A stretch of 64,000 nucleotides of DNA, from assembly GCA_964016885.1 (NCBI GenBank), contig OZ024763.1, positions 23,064,001-23,128,000 on the forward strand. Direction: 5' to 3'. This document shows positions 21,801 through 36,800 of the stretch, piece after piece. The position numbers and the translations under genes are program-made. Below the pieces are notes generated by a model, which was not told where the DNA came from, did not search any database, and saw nothing but the letters and a program-made list of their open reading frames with translations. This stretch comes from Eledone cirrhosa (lineage: Eukaryota). Every line of letters begins with the position of its first letter. Position 1 is the stretch's first letter.

Positions 21801-24800
21801 AAGCCCTTTAGTATAAGTCAACTGAGAAATTATAACACACATAACCCTATCAGAAAAGCCCTTCAGTATAGGTCAACTGGGAAATTATAACACACATAAC
21901 CCTATCAGTGAAGCCCTTTAGTATAGGTCAACTGGGAAATTATAACATACATAACCCTATCAGTAAAGCCCTTTAGTATAGGTCAACTGGGAAATTATAA
22001 CACATAACCCTATCAGTAAAGCCCTTTAGTATAGGTCAACTAGGAAATTATAACACACATAACCCCATCAGTGAAGCCCTTCAGTATAGGTCAACTGGGA
22101 AATTATAACACACATAACCCCATCAGTGAAGCCCTTTAGTATAGGTGAACTGGAAAATTATAACACACATAACCCCATCAGTGAAGCCCTTTAGTATAGG
22201 TCAACTGGGAAATTATAACATACATAACCCCATCAGTGAAGCCCTTTAGTATAGGTCAACTGGGAAATTATAACATACATAACCCCATCATTGAAGCCCT
22301 TTAGTATAGGTCAACTGGGAAATTATAATATACATAACCCCATCAGTGAAGCCCTTTAGTATAGGTCAACTGGGAAATTCTAACACATATAACCCCATCA
22401 GTGAAGCCCTTTAGTATAGGTCCACTGGGAAATTATAACACACATGACCCTATCAGTGAAGCCCTTTAGTATAGGTCAACTGGGAAATTATAACACACAT
22501 AACCCCATCAGTGAAGCCCTTTAGTATAGGTCAACTGGGAAATTATAACACACAACCCTATCAGTAAAGCCCTTTAGTATAGGTCAACTGGGAAATTATA
22601 ACACACATAACCCTATCAGTGAAGCCCTTTAGTATAGGTCAACTGGGAAATTATAACATACATAAACCCATCAGTGAAGCCCTTTAGGATAGGTCAACTG
22701 GGAAATTATAACATACATAACCCTATCAGTAAAGCCCTTTAGTATAGGTCAACTGGGAAATTATAACATACATAACCCCATCAGTGAAGCCCTTTAGTAT
22801 AGGTCAACTGGGAAATTATAACATACATAACCCTATCAGTGAAGCCCTTTAGTATAGGTCAACTGGGAAATTATAACACACAACCCTATCAGTAAAGCCC
22901 TTTAGTATAGGTCAACTGGGAAATTATAACACACATAACCCTATCAGTGAAGCCCTTTAGTATAGGTCAACTGGGAAATTATAACACACATAACCCCATC
23001 AGTGAAGCCCTTTAGTATAGGTCAATTGGGAAATTATAACATACATAACCCTATCAGTGAAGCCCTTTAGTATAGGTCAACTGGGAAATTACAACATACA
23101 TAACCCCATCAGTGAAGCCCTTTAGTATAGGTCAACTGGGAAATTATAACACACATAACCCCATCAGTGAAGCCCTTTAGTATAGGTCAACTGGGAAATT
23201 ATAACACACATAACCCCATCAGTGAAGCCCTTTAGTATAGGTCAACTGGGAAATTATAACACACATAACCCCATCAGTGAAGCCCTTTAGTATAGGTCAA
23301 CTGGGAAATTATAACACACATAACCCCATCAGTGAAGCACTTTAGTATAGGTCAACTGGGAAATTATAACATACATAACCCTATCAGTAAAGCCCTTTAG
23401 TATAGGTCAACTGGGAAATTATAACATACATAACCCTATCAGTGAAGCCCTTTAATATAGGTCAACTGGGAAATTATAACACACATAACCCTATCAGAAA
23501 AGCCCTTTAGTATAGGTCAACTGGGAAATTATAACACATAACCCTATCAGTGAAGCCCTTTAGTATAAGTCAACTGAGAAATTATAACACACATAACCCT
23601 ATCAGAAAAGCCCTTCAGTATAGGTCAACTGGGAAATTATAACACACATAACCCTATCAGTGAAGCCCTTTAGTATAGGTCAACTGGGAAATTATAACAT
23701 ACATAACCCTATCAGTAAAGCCTTTTAGTCTAGGTCAACTGGGAAATTATAACATATAACCCTATCAGTGAAGCCCTTTAGTATAGGTCAACTGGGAAAT
23801 TATAACGCACATAACCCTATCAGTAAAGCCCTTTAGTATAGGTCAACTAGGAAATTATAACACACATAACCCCATCAGTGAAGCCCTTCAGTATAGGTCA
23901 ACTGGGAAATTATAACACACATAACCCCATCATCGAAGCCCTTTAGTATAGGTGAACTGGAAAATTATAACACACATAACCCCATCAGTGAAGCCCTTTA
24001 GTATAGGTCAACTGGGAAATTATAACATACATAACCCCATCATTGAAGCCCTTTAGTATAGGTCAACTGGGAAATTATAATATACATAACCCCATCAGTG
24101 AAGCCCTTTAGTATAGGTCAACTGGGAAATTATAACACATATAACCCCATCAGTGAAGCCCTTTAGTATAGGTCAACTGGGAAATTATAACACACATGAC
24201 CCTATCAGTGAAGCCCTTTAGTATAGGTGAACTGGGAAATTATAACACACATAACCCCGTCAGTGAAGCCCTTTAGTATAGGTCAACTGGGAAATTATAA
24301 CATACATAACCCCATCAGTGAAGCCCTTTAGTATAGATCAACTGGGAAATTATAACATACATAACCCCATCATTGAAGCCCTTTAGTATAGGTCAACTGG
24401 GAAATTATAACACACATAACCCTATCAGTGAAGCCCTTTAGTATAGGTCAACTGGGAAATTATAACACACAACCCTATCAGTAAAGCCCTTTAGTATAGG
24501 TCAACTGGGAAATTATAACACACATAACCCTATCAGTGAAGCCCTTTAGTATAGGTCAACTGGGAAATTATAACACACATAACCCCATCAGTGAAGCCCT
24601 TTAGTATAGGTCAACTGGGAAATTATAACATACATAACCCCATCAGTGAAGCCCTTTAGTATAGGTGAACTGGGAAATTATAACATACATAACCCCATCA
24701 GTGAAGCCCTTTAGTATAGGTCAACTGGGAAATTAGAACACACATAACCCCATCAATGACGCCCTTTAGTATAGGTCAACTGGGAAATTATAACATACAT

Positions 24801-27800
24801 AACCCCATCAGTGAAGCCCTTTAGTATAGGTCAACTGGGAAATTATAACATACATAAACCCATCAGTGAAGCCCTTTAGGATAGGTCAACTGGGAAATTA
24901 TAACATACATAACCCCATCAGTGAAGCCCTTTAGTATAGGTCAACTGGGAAATTATAACATACATAACCCTATCAGTGAAGCCCTTTAGTATAGGTCAAC
25001 TGGGAAATTATAACACACAACCCTATCAGTAAAGCCCTTTAGTATAGGTCAACTGGAAAATTATAACACACATAACCCTATCAGTGAAGCCCTTTAGTAT
25101 AGGTCAACTGGGAAATTATAACACACATAACCCCATCAGTGAAGCCCTTTAGTATAGGTCAACTGGGAAATTATAACATACATAACCCTATCAGTGAAGC
25201 CCTTTAGTATAGGTCAACTGGGAAATTACAACATACATAACCCCATCAGTGAAGCCCTTTAGTATAGGTCAACTGGGAAATTATAACACACATAACCCCA
25301 TCAGTGAAGCACTTTAGTATAGGTCAACTGGGAAATTATAACATACATAACCCTATCAGTAAAGCCCTTTAGTATAGGTCAACTGGGAAATTATAACATA
25401 CATAACCCTATCAGTGAAGCCCTTTAATATAGGTCAACTGGGAAATTATAACACACATAACCCTATCAGAAAAGCCCTTTAGTATAGGTCAACTGGGAAA
25501 TTATAACACATAACCCTATCAGTGAAGCCCTTTAGTATAAGTCAACTGAGAAATTATAACACACATAACCCTATCAGAAAAGCCCTTCAGTATAGGTCAA
25601 CTGGGAAATTATAACACACATAACCCTATCAGTGAAGCCCTTTAGTATAGGTCAACTGGTAAATTATAACATACATAACCCTATCAGTAAAGCCTTTTAG
25701 TCTAGGTCAACTGGGAAATTATAACATATAACCCTATCAGTGAAGCCCTTTAATATAGGTCAACTGGGAAATTATAACACACATAACCCTATCAGAAAAG
25801 CCCTTTAGTATAGGTCAACTGGGAAATTATAACATACATAACCCCATCAGTGAAGCCCTTTAGTATAGGTGAACTGGGAAATTATAACATACATAACCCC
25901 ATCAGTGAAGCCCTTTAGTATAGATCAACTGGGAAATTATAACACACATAACCCCATCAATGACGCCCTTTAGTATAGGTCAACTGGGAAATTATAACAT
26001 ACATAACCCCATCAGTGAAGCCCTTTAGTATAGGTCAAGTGGGAAATTATAACATACATAACCCTATCAGTAAAGCCCTTTAGTATAGGTGAACTGGGAA
26101 ATTATAACACACATAACCCCATCAGTGAAGCCCTTTAGTATAGGAGAACTGGGAAATTATAACACACATAACCCCATCAGTGAAGCCCTTTAGTATAGGT
26201 CAACTGGGAAATTATAACATACATAACCCCATCAGTGAAGCCCTTTAGTATACGTCAACTGGGAAATTATAACACATAACCCCATCAGTGAAGCCCTTTA
26301 GTGTAGGTCAACTGGGAAATTATAACATACATAACCCCATCAGTGAAGCCCTTTAGTATAGGTCAACTGGGAAATTATAACACACATAACCCCATCAGTG
26401 AAGCCCTTTAGTATAGGTCAACTGGGAAATTATAACATACATAACCCTATCAGTGAAGCCCTTTAGTATAGGTCAACTGGGAAATTACAACACACATAAC
26501 CCCATCAGTGAAGCCCTTTAGTATAGGTGAACTGGGAAATTATAACACACATAACCCCATCAGTGAAGCCCTTTAGTATAGGTCAACTGGGAAATTATAA
26601 CACACATGACCCTATCAGTGAAGCCCTTTAGTATAGGTGAACTGGGAAATTATAACACACATAACCCCGTCAGTGAAGCCCTTTAGTATAGGTCAACTGG
26701 GAAATTATAACATACATAACCCCATCAGTGAAGCCCTTTAGTATAGATCAACTGGGAAATTATAACATACATAACCCCATCAGTGAAGCCCTTTAGTATA
26801 GGTCAACTGGGAAATTATAACACACATAACCCTATCAGTGAAGCCCTTTAGTATAGGTCAACTGGGAAATTATAACACACAACCCTATCAGTAAAGCCCT
26901 TTAGTATAGGTCAACTGGGAAATTATAACACACATAACCCTATCAGTGAAGCCCTTTAGTATAGGTCAACTGGGAAATTATAACACACATAACCCCATCA
27001 GTGAAGCCCTTTAGTATAGGTCAACTGGGAAATTATAACATACATAACCCCATCAGTGAAGCCCTTTAGTATAGGTGAACTGGGAAATTATAACATACAT
27101 AACCCCATCAGTGAAGCCCTTTAGTATAGGTCAACTGGGAAATTAGAACACACATAACCCCATCAATGACGCCCTTTAGTATAGGTCAACTGGGAAATTA
27201 TAACATACATAACCCCATCAGTGAAGCCCTTTAGTATAGGTCAACTGGGAAATTATAACATACATAACCCCATCAGTGAAGCCCTTTAGTATAGATCAAC
27301 TGGGAAATTATAACATACATAACCCCATCATTGAAGCCCTTTAGTATAGGTCAACTGGGAAATTATAACACACATAACCCTATCAGTGAAGCCCTTTAGT
27401 ATAGGTCAACTGGGAAATTATAACACACAACCCTATCAGTAAAGCCCTTTAGTATAGGTCAACTGGGAAATTATAACACACATAACCCTATCAGTGAAGC
27501 CCTTTAGTATAGGTCAACTGGGAAATTATAACACACATAACCCCATCAGTGAAGCCCTTTAGTATAGGTCAACTGGGAAATTATAACATACATAACCCCA
27601 TCAGTGAAGCCCTTTAGTATAGGTGAACTGGGAAATTATAACATACATAACCCCATCAGTGAAGCCCTTTAGTATAGGTCAACTGGGAAATTAGAACACA
27701 CATAACCCCATCAATGACGCCCTTTAGTATAGGTCAACTGGGAAATTATAACATACATAACCCCATCAGTGAAGCCCTTTAGTATAGGTCAACTGGGAAA

Positions 27801-30800
27801 TTATAACATACATAAACCCATCAGTGAAGCCCTTTAGGATAGGTCAACTGGGAAATTATAACATACATAACCCCATCAGTGAAGCCCTTTAGTATAGGTC
27901 AACTGGGAAATTATAACATACATAACCCTATCAGTGAAGCCCTTTAGTATAGGTCAACTGGGAAATTATAACACACAACCCTATCAGTAAAGCCCTTTAG
28001 TATAGGTCAACTGGAAAATTATAACACACATAACCCCATCAGTGAAGCCCTTTAGTATAGGTCAACTGGGAAATTATAACATACATAACCCCATCATTGA
28101 AGCCCTTTAGTATAGGTCAACTGGGAAATTATAATATACATAACCCCATCAGTGAAGCCCTTTAGTATAGGTCAACTGGGAAATTATAACACATATAACC
28201 CCATCAGTGAAGCCCTTTAGTATAGGTCAACTGGGAAATTATAACACACATGACCCTATCAGTGAAGCCCTTTAGTATAGGTGAACTGGGAAATTATAAC
28301 ACACATAACCCCGTCAGTGAAGCCCTTTAGTATAGGTCAACTGGGAAATTATAACATACATAACCCCATCAGTGAAGCCCTTTAGTATAGATCAACTGGG
28401 AAATTATAACATACATAACCCCATCATTGAAGCCCTTTAGTATAGGTCAACTGGGAAATTATAACACACATAACCCCATCAGTGAAGCCCTTTAGTATAG
28501 GTCAACTGGGAAATTATAACATACATAACCCCATCATTGAAGCCCTTTAGTATAGGTCAACTGGGAAATTATAATATACATAACCCCATCAGTGAAGCCC
28601 TTTAGTATAGGTCAACTGGGAAATTATAACACATATAACCCCATCAGTGAAGCCCTTTAGTATAGGTCAACTGGGAAATTATAACACACATGACCCTATC
28701 AGTGAAGCCCTTTAGTATAGGTGAACTGGGAAATTATAACACACATAACCCCGTCAGTGAAGCCCTTTAGTATAGGTCAACTGGGAAATTATAACATACA
28801 TAACCCCATCAGTGAAGCCCTTTAGTATAGATCAACTGGGAAATTATAACATACATAACCCCATCATTGAAGCCCTTTAGTATAGGTCAACTGGGAAATT
28901 ATAACACACATAACCCTATCAGTGAAGCCCTTTAGTATAGGTCAACTGGGAAATTATAACACACAACCCTATCAGTAAAGCCCTTTAGTATAGGTCAACT
29001 GGGAAATTATAACACACATAACCCTATCAGTGAAGCCCTTTAGTATAGGTCAACTGGGAAATTATAACACACATAACCCCATCAGTGAAGCCCTTTAGTA
29101 TAGGTCAACTGGGAAATTATAACATACATAACCCCATCAGTGAAGCCCTTTAGTATAGGTGAACTGGGAAATTATAACATACATAACCCCATCAGTGAAG
29201 CCCTTTAGTATAGGTCAACTGGGAAATTAGAACACACATAACCCCATCAATGACGCCCTTTAGTATAGGTCAACTGGGAAATTATAACATACATAACCCC
29301 ATCAGTGAAGCCCTTTAGTATAGGTCAACTGGGAAATTATAACATACATAAACCCATCAGTGAAGCCCTTTAGGATAGGTCAACTGGGAAATTATAACAT
29401 ACATAACCCCATCAGTGAAGCCCTTTAGTATAGGTCAACTGGGAAATTATAACATACATAACCCTATCAGTGAAGCCCTTTAGTATAGGTCAACTGGGAA
29501 ATTATAACACACAACCCTATCAGTAAAGCCCTTTAGTATAGGTCAACTGGAAAATTATAACACACATAACCCTATCAGTGAAGCCCTTTAGTATAGGTCA
29601 ACTGGGAAATTATAACACACATAACCCCATCAGTGAAGCCCTTTAGTATAGGTCAACTGGGAAATTATAACATACATAACCCTATCAGTGAAGCCCTTTA
29701 GTATAGGTCAACTGGGAAATTACAACATACATAACCCCATCAGTGAAGCCCTTTAGTATAGGTCAACTGGGAAATTATAACACACATAACCCCATCAGTG
29801 AAGCACTTTAGTATAGGTCAACTGGGAAATTATAACATACATAACCCTATCAGTAAAGCCCTTTAGTATAGGTCAACTGGGAAATTATAACATACATAAC
29901 CCTATCAGTGAAGCCCTTTAATATAGGTCAACTGGGAAATTATAACACACATAACCCTATCAGAAAAGCCCTTTAGTATAGGTCAACTGGGAAATTATAA
30001 CACATAACCCTATCAGTGAAGCCCTTTAGTATAAGTCAACTGAGAAATTATAACACACATAACCCTATCAGAAAAGCCCTTCAGTATAGGTCAACTGGGA
30101 AATTATAACACACATAACCCTATCAGTGAAGCCCTTTAGTATAGGTCAACTGGTAAATTATAACATACATAACCCTATCAGTAAAGCCTTTTAGTCTAGG
30201 TCAACTGGGAAATTATAACATATAACCCTATCAGTGAAGCCCTTTAATATAGGTCAACTGGGAAATTATAACACACATAACCCTATCAGAAAAGCCCTTT
30301 AGTATAGGTCAACTGGGAAATTATAACATACATAACCCCATCAGTGAAGCCCTTTAGTATAGGTGAACTGGGAAATTATAACATACATAACCCCATCAGT
30401 GAAGCCCTTTAGTATAGATCAACTGGGAAATTATAACACACATAACCCCATCAATGACGCCCTTTAGTATAGGTCAACTGGGAAATTATAACATACATAA
30501 CCCCATCAGTGAAGCCCTTTAGTATAGGTCAAGTGGGAAATTATAACATACATAACCCTATCAGTAAAGCCCTTTAGTATAGGTGAACTGGGAAATTATA
30601 ACACACATAACCCCATCAGTGAAGCCCTTTAGTATAGGAGAACTGGGAAATTATAACACACATAACCCCATCAGTGAAGCCCTTTAGTATAGGTCAACTG
30701 GGAAATTATAACATACATAACCCCATCAGTGAAGCCCTTTAGTATACGTCAACTGGGAAATTATAACACATAACCCCATCAGTGAAGCCCTTTAGTGTAG

Positions 30801-33800
30801 GTCAACTGGGAAATTATAACATACATAACCCCATCAGTGAAGCCCTTTAGTATAGGTCAACTGGGAAATTATAACACACATAACCCCATCAGTGAAGCCC
30901 TTTAGTATAGGTCAACTGGGAAATTATAACATACATAACCCTATCAGTGAAGCCCTTTAGTATAGGTCAACTGGGAAATTACAACACACATAACCCCATC
31001 AGTGAAGCCCTTTAGTATAGGTGAACTGGGAAATTATAACACACATAACCCCATCAGTGAAGCCCTTTAGTATAGGTCAACTGGGAAATTATAACACACA
31101 TGACCCTATCAGTGAAGCCCTTTAGTATAGGTGAACTGGGAAATTATAACACACATAACCCCGTCAGTGAAGCCCTTTAGTATAGGTCAACTGGGAAATT
31201 ATAACATACATAACCCCATCAGTGAAGCCCTTTAGTATAGATCAACTGGGAAATTATAACATACATAACCCCATCAGTGAAGCCCTTTAGTATAGGTCAA
31301 CTGGGAAATTATAACACACATAACCCTATCAGTGAAGCCCTTTAGTATAGGTCAACTGGGAAATTATAACACACAACCCTATCAGTAAAGCCCTTTAGTA
31401 TAGGTCAACTGGGAAATTATAACACACATAACCCTATCAGTGAAGCCCTTTAGTATAGGTCAACTGGGAAATTATAACACACATAACCCCATCAGTGAAG
31501 CCCTTTAGTATAGGTCAACTGGGAAATTATAACATACATAACCCCATCAGTGAAGCCCTTTAGTATAGGTGAACTGGGAAATTATAACATACATAACCCC
31601 ATCAGTGAAGCCCTTTAGTATAGGTCAACTGGGAAATTAGAACACACATAACCCCATCAATGACGCCCTTTAGTATAGGTCAACTGGGAAATTATAACAT
31701 ACATAACCCCATCAGTGAAGCCCTTTAGTATAGGTCAACTGGGAAATTATAACATACATAACCCCATCAGTGAAGCCCTTTAGTATAGATCAACTGGGAA
31801 ATTATAACATACATAACCCCATCATTGAAGCCCTTTAGTATAGGTCAACTGGGAAATTATAACACACATAACCCTATCAGTGAAGCCCTTTAGTATAGGT
31901 CAACTGGGAAATTATAACACACAACCCTATCAGTAAAGCCCTTTAGTATAGGTCAACTGGGAAATTATAACACACATAACCCTATCAGTGAAGCCCTTTA
32001 GTATAGGTCAACTGGGAAATTATAACACACATAACCCCATCAGTGAAGCCCTTTAGTATAGGTCAACTGGGAAATTATAACATACATAACCCCATCAGTG
32101 AAGCCCTTTAGTATAGGTGAACTGGGAAATTATAACATACATAACCCCATCAGTGAAGCCCTTTAGTATAGGTCAACTGGGAAATTAGAACACACATAAC
32201 CCCATCAATGACGCCCTTTAGTATAGGTCAACTGGGAAATTATAACATACATAACCCCATCAGTGAAGCCCTTTAGTATAGGTCAACTGGGAAATTATAA
32301 CATACATAAACCCATCAGTGAAGCCCTTTAGGATAGGTCAACTGGGAAATTATAACATACATAACCCCATCAGTGAAGCCCTTTAGTATAGGTCAACTGG
32401 GAAATTATAACATACATAACCCTATCAGTGAAGCCCTTTAGTATAGGTCAACTGGGAAATTATAACACACAACCCTATCAGTAAAGCCCTTTAGTATAGG
32501 TCAACTGGAAAATTATAACACACATAACCCTATCAGTGAAGCCCTTTAGTATAGGTCAACTGGGAAATTATAACACACATAACCCCATCAGTGAAGCCCT
32601 TTAGTATAGGTCAACTGGGAAATTATAACATACATAACCCTATCAGTGAAGCCCTTTAGTATAGGTCAACTGGGAAATTACAACATACATAACCCCATCA
32701 GTGAAGCCCTTTAGTATAGGTCAACTGGGAAATTATAACACACATAACCCCATCAGTGAAGCACTTTAGTATAGGTCAACTGGGAAATTATAACATACAT
32801 AACCCTATCAGTAAAGCCCTTTAGTATAGGTCAACTGGGAAATTATAACATACATAACCCTATCAGTGAAGCCCTTTAATATAGGTCAACTGGGAAATTA
32901 TAACACACATAACCCTATCAGAAAAGCCCTTTAGTATAGGTCAACTGGGAAATTATAACACATAACCCTATCAGTGAAGCCCTTTAGTATAAGTCAACTG
33001 AGAAATTATAACACACATAACCCTATCAGAAAAGCCCTTCAGTATAGGTCAACTGGGAAATTATAACACACATAACCCTATCAGTGAAGCCCTTTAGTAT
33101 AGGTCAACTGGTAAATTATAACATACATAACCCTATCAGTAAAGCCTTTTAGTCTAGGTCAACTGGGAAATTATAACATATAACCCTATCAGTGAAGCCC
33201 TTTAATATAGGTCAACTGGGAAATTATAACACACATAACCCTATCAGAAAAGCCCTTTAGTATAGGTCAACTGGGAAATTATAACATACATAACCCCATC
33301 AGTGAAGCCCTTTAGTATAGGTGAACTGGGAAATTATAACATACATAACCCCATCAGTGAAGCCCTTTAGTATAGATCAACTGGGAAATTATAACACACA
33401 TAACCCCATCAATGACGCCCTTTAGTATAGGTCAACTGGGAAATTATAACATACATAACCCCATCAGTGAAGCCCTTTAGTATAGGTCAAGTGGGAAATT
33501 ATAACATACATAACCCTATCAGTAAAGCCCTTTAGTATAGGTGAACTGGGAAATTATAACACACATAACCCCATCAGTGAAGCCCTTTAGTATAGGAGAA
33601 CTGGGAAATTATAACACACATAACCCCATCAGTGAAGCCCTTTAGTATAGGTCAACTGGGAAATTATAACATACATAACCCCATCAGTGAAGCCCTTTAG
33701 TATACGTCAACTGGGAAATTATAACACATAACCCCATCAGTGAAGCCCTTTAGTGTAGGTCAACTGGGAAATTATAACATACATAACCCCATCAGTGAAG

Positions 33801-36800
33801 CCCTTTAGTATAGGTCAACTGGGAAATTATAACACACATAACCCCATCAGTGAAGCCCTTTAGTATAGGTCAACTGGGAAATTATAACATACATAACCCT
33901 ATCAGTGAAGCCCTTTAGTATAGGTCAACTGGGAAATTACAACACACATAACCCCATCAGTGAAGCCCTTTAGTATAGGTGAACTGGGAAATTATAACAC
34001 ACATAACCCCATCAGTGAAGCCCTTTAGTATAGGTCAACTGGGAAATTATAACACACATGACCCTATCAGTGAAGCCCTTTAGTATAGGTGAACTGGGAA
34101 ATTATAACACACATAACCCCGTCAGTGAAGCCCTTTAGTATAGGTCAACTGGGAAATTATAACATACATAACCCCATCAGTGAAGCCCTTTAGTATAGAT
34201 CAACTGGGAAATTATAACATACATAACCCCATCAGTGAAGCCCTTTAGTATAGGTCAACTGGGAAATTATAACACACATAACCCTATCAGTGAAGCCCTT
34301 TAGTATAGGTCAACTGGGAAATTATAACACACAACCCTATCAGTAAAGCCCTTTAGTATAGGTCAACTGGGAAATTATAACACACATAACCCTATCAGTG
34401 AAGCCCTTTAGTATAGGTCAACTGGGAAATTATAACACACATAACCCCATCAGTGAAGCCCTTTAGTATAGGTCAACTGGGAAATTATAACATACATAAC
34501 CCCATCAGTGAAGCCCTTTAGTATAGGTGAACTGGGAAATTATAACATACATAACCCCATCAGTGAAGCCCTTTAATATAGGTCAACTGGGAAATTAGAA
34601 CACACATAACCCCATCAATGACGCCCTTTAGTATAGGTCAACTGGGAAATTATAACATACATAACCCCATCAGTGAAGCCCTTTAGTATAGGTCAACTGG
34701 GAAATTATAACATACATAAACCCATCAGTGAAGCCCTTTAGGATAGGTCAACTGGGAAATTATAACATACATAACCCCATCAGTGAAGCCCTTTAGTATA
34801 GGTCAACTGGGAAATTATAACATACATAACCCTATCAGTGAAGCCCTTTAGTATAGGTCAACTGGGAAATTATAACACACAACCCTATCAGTAAAGCCCT
34901 TTAGTATAGGTCAACTGGAAAATTATAACACACATAACCCTATCAGTGAAGCCCTTTAGTATAGGTCAACTGGGAAATTATAACACACATAACCCCATCA
35001 GTGAAGCCCTTTAGTATAGGTCAACTGGGAAATTATAACATACATAACCCTATCAGTGAAGCCCTTTAGTATAGGTCAACTGGGAAATTACAACATACAT
35101 AACCCCATCAGTGAAGCCCTTTAGTATAGGTCAACTGGGAAATTATAACACACATAACCCCATCAGTGAAGCCCTTTAGTATAGGTCAACTGGGAAATTA
35201 TAACACACATAACCCCATCAGTGAAGCCCTTTAGTATAGGTCAACTGGGAAATTATAACACACATAACCCTATCAGAAAAGCCCTTCAGTATAGGTCAAC
35301 TGGGAAATTATAACACACATAACCCTATCAGTGAAGCCCTTTAGTATAGGTCAACTGGTAAATTATAACATACATAACCCTATCAGTGAAGCCCTTTAAT
35401 ATAGGTCAACTGGGAAATTATAACACACATAACCCTATCAGAAAAGCCCTTTAGTATAGGTCAACTGGGAAATTATAACACATAACCCTATCAGTGAAGC
35501 CCTTTAGTATAAGTCAACTGAGAAATTATAACACACATAACCCTATCAGAAAAGCCCTTCAGTATAGGTCAACTGGGAAATTATAACACACATAACCCTA
35601 TCAGTGAAGCCCTTTAGTATAGGTCAACTGGTAAATTATAACATACATAACCCTATCAGTAAAGCCTTTTAGTCTAGGTCAACTGGGAAATTATAACATA
35701 TAACCCTATCAGTGAAGCCCTTTAATATAGGTCAACTGGGAAATTATAACACACATAACCCTATCAGAAAAGCCCTTTAGTCTAGGTCAACTGGGAAATT
35801 ATAACATACATAACCCCATCAGTGAAGCCCTTTAGTATAGGTGAACTGGGAAATTATAACATACATAACCCCATCAGTGAAGCCCTTTAGTATAGATCAA
35901 CTGGGAAATTATAACACACATAACCCCATCAATGACGCCCTTTAGTATAGGTCAACTGGGAAATTATAACATACATAACCCCATCAGTGAAGCCCTTTAG
36001 TATAGGTCAAGTGGGAAATTATAACATACATAACCCTATCAGTAAAGCCCTTTAGTATAGGTGAACTGGGAAATTATAACACACATAACCCCATCAGTGA
36101 AGCCCTTTAGTATAGGTGAACTGGGAAATTATAACACACATAACCCCATCAGTGAAGCCCTTTAGTATAGGTCAACTGGGAAATTATAACATACATAACC
36201 CCATCAGTGAAGCCCTTTAGTATACGTCAACTGGGAAATTATAACACATAACCCCATCAGTGAAGCCCTTTAGTATAGGTCAACTGGGAAATTATAACAT
36301 ACATAACCCCATCAGTGAAGCCCTTTAGTATAGGTCAACTGGGAAATTATAACACACATAACCCCATCAGTGAAGCCCTTTAGTATAGGTCAACTGGGAA
36401 ATTATAACATACATAACCCTATCAGTGAAGCCCTTTAGTATAGGTCAACTGGGAAATTACAACACACATAACCCCATCAGTGAAGCCCTTTAGTATAGGT
36501 GAACTGGGAAATTATAACACACATAACCCCATCAGTGAAGCCCTTTAGTATAGGTCAACTGGGAAATTATAACACACATAACCCCATCAGTGAAGCCCTT
36601 TAGTATAGGTCAACTGGGAAATTATAACACACATAACCCCATCAGTGAAGCCCTTTAGTATAGGTCAACTGGGAAATTATAACATACATAACCCCATCAG
36701 TGAAGCCCTTTAGTATAGGTCAACTGGGAAATTATAACACACATAACCCCATCAGTGAAGCCTTTTAGTATAGGTCAACTGGGAAATTATAAAACACATA

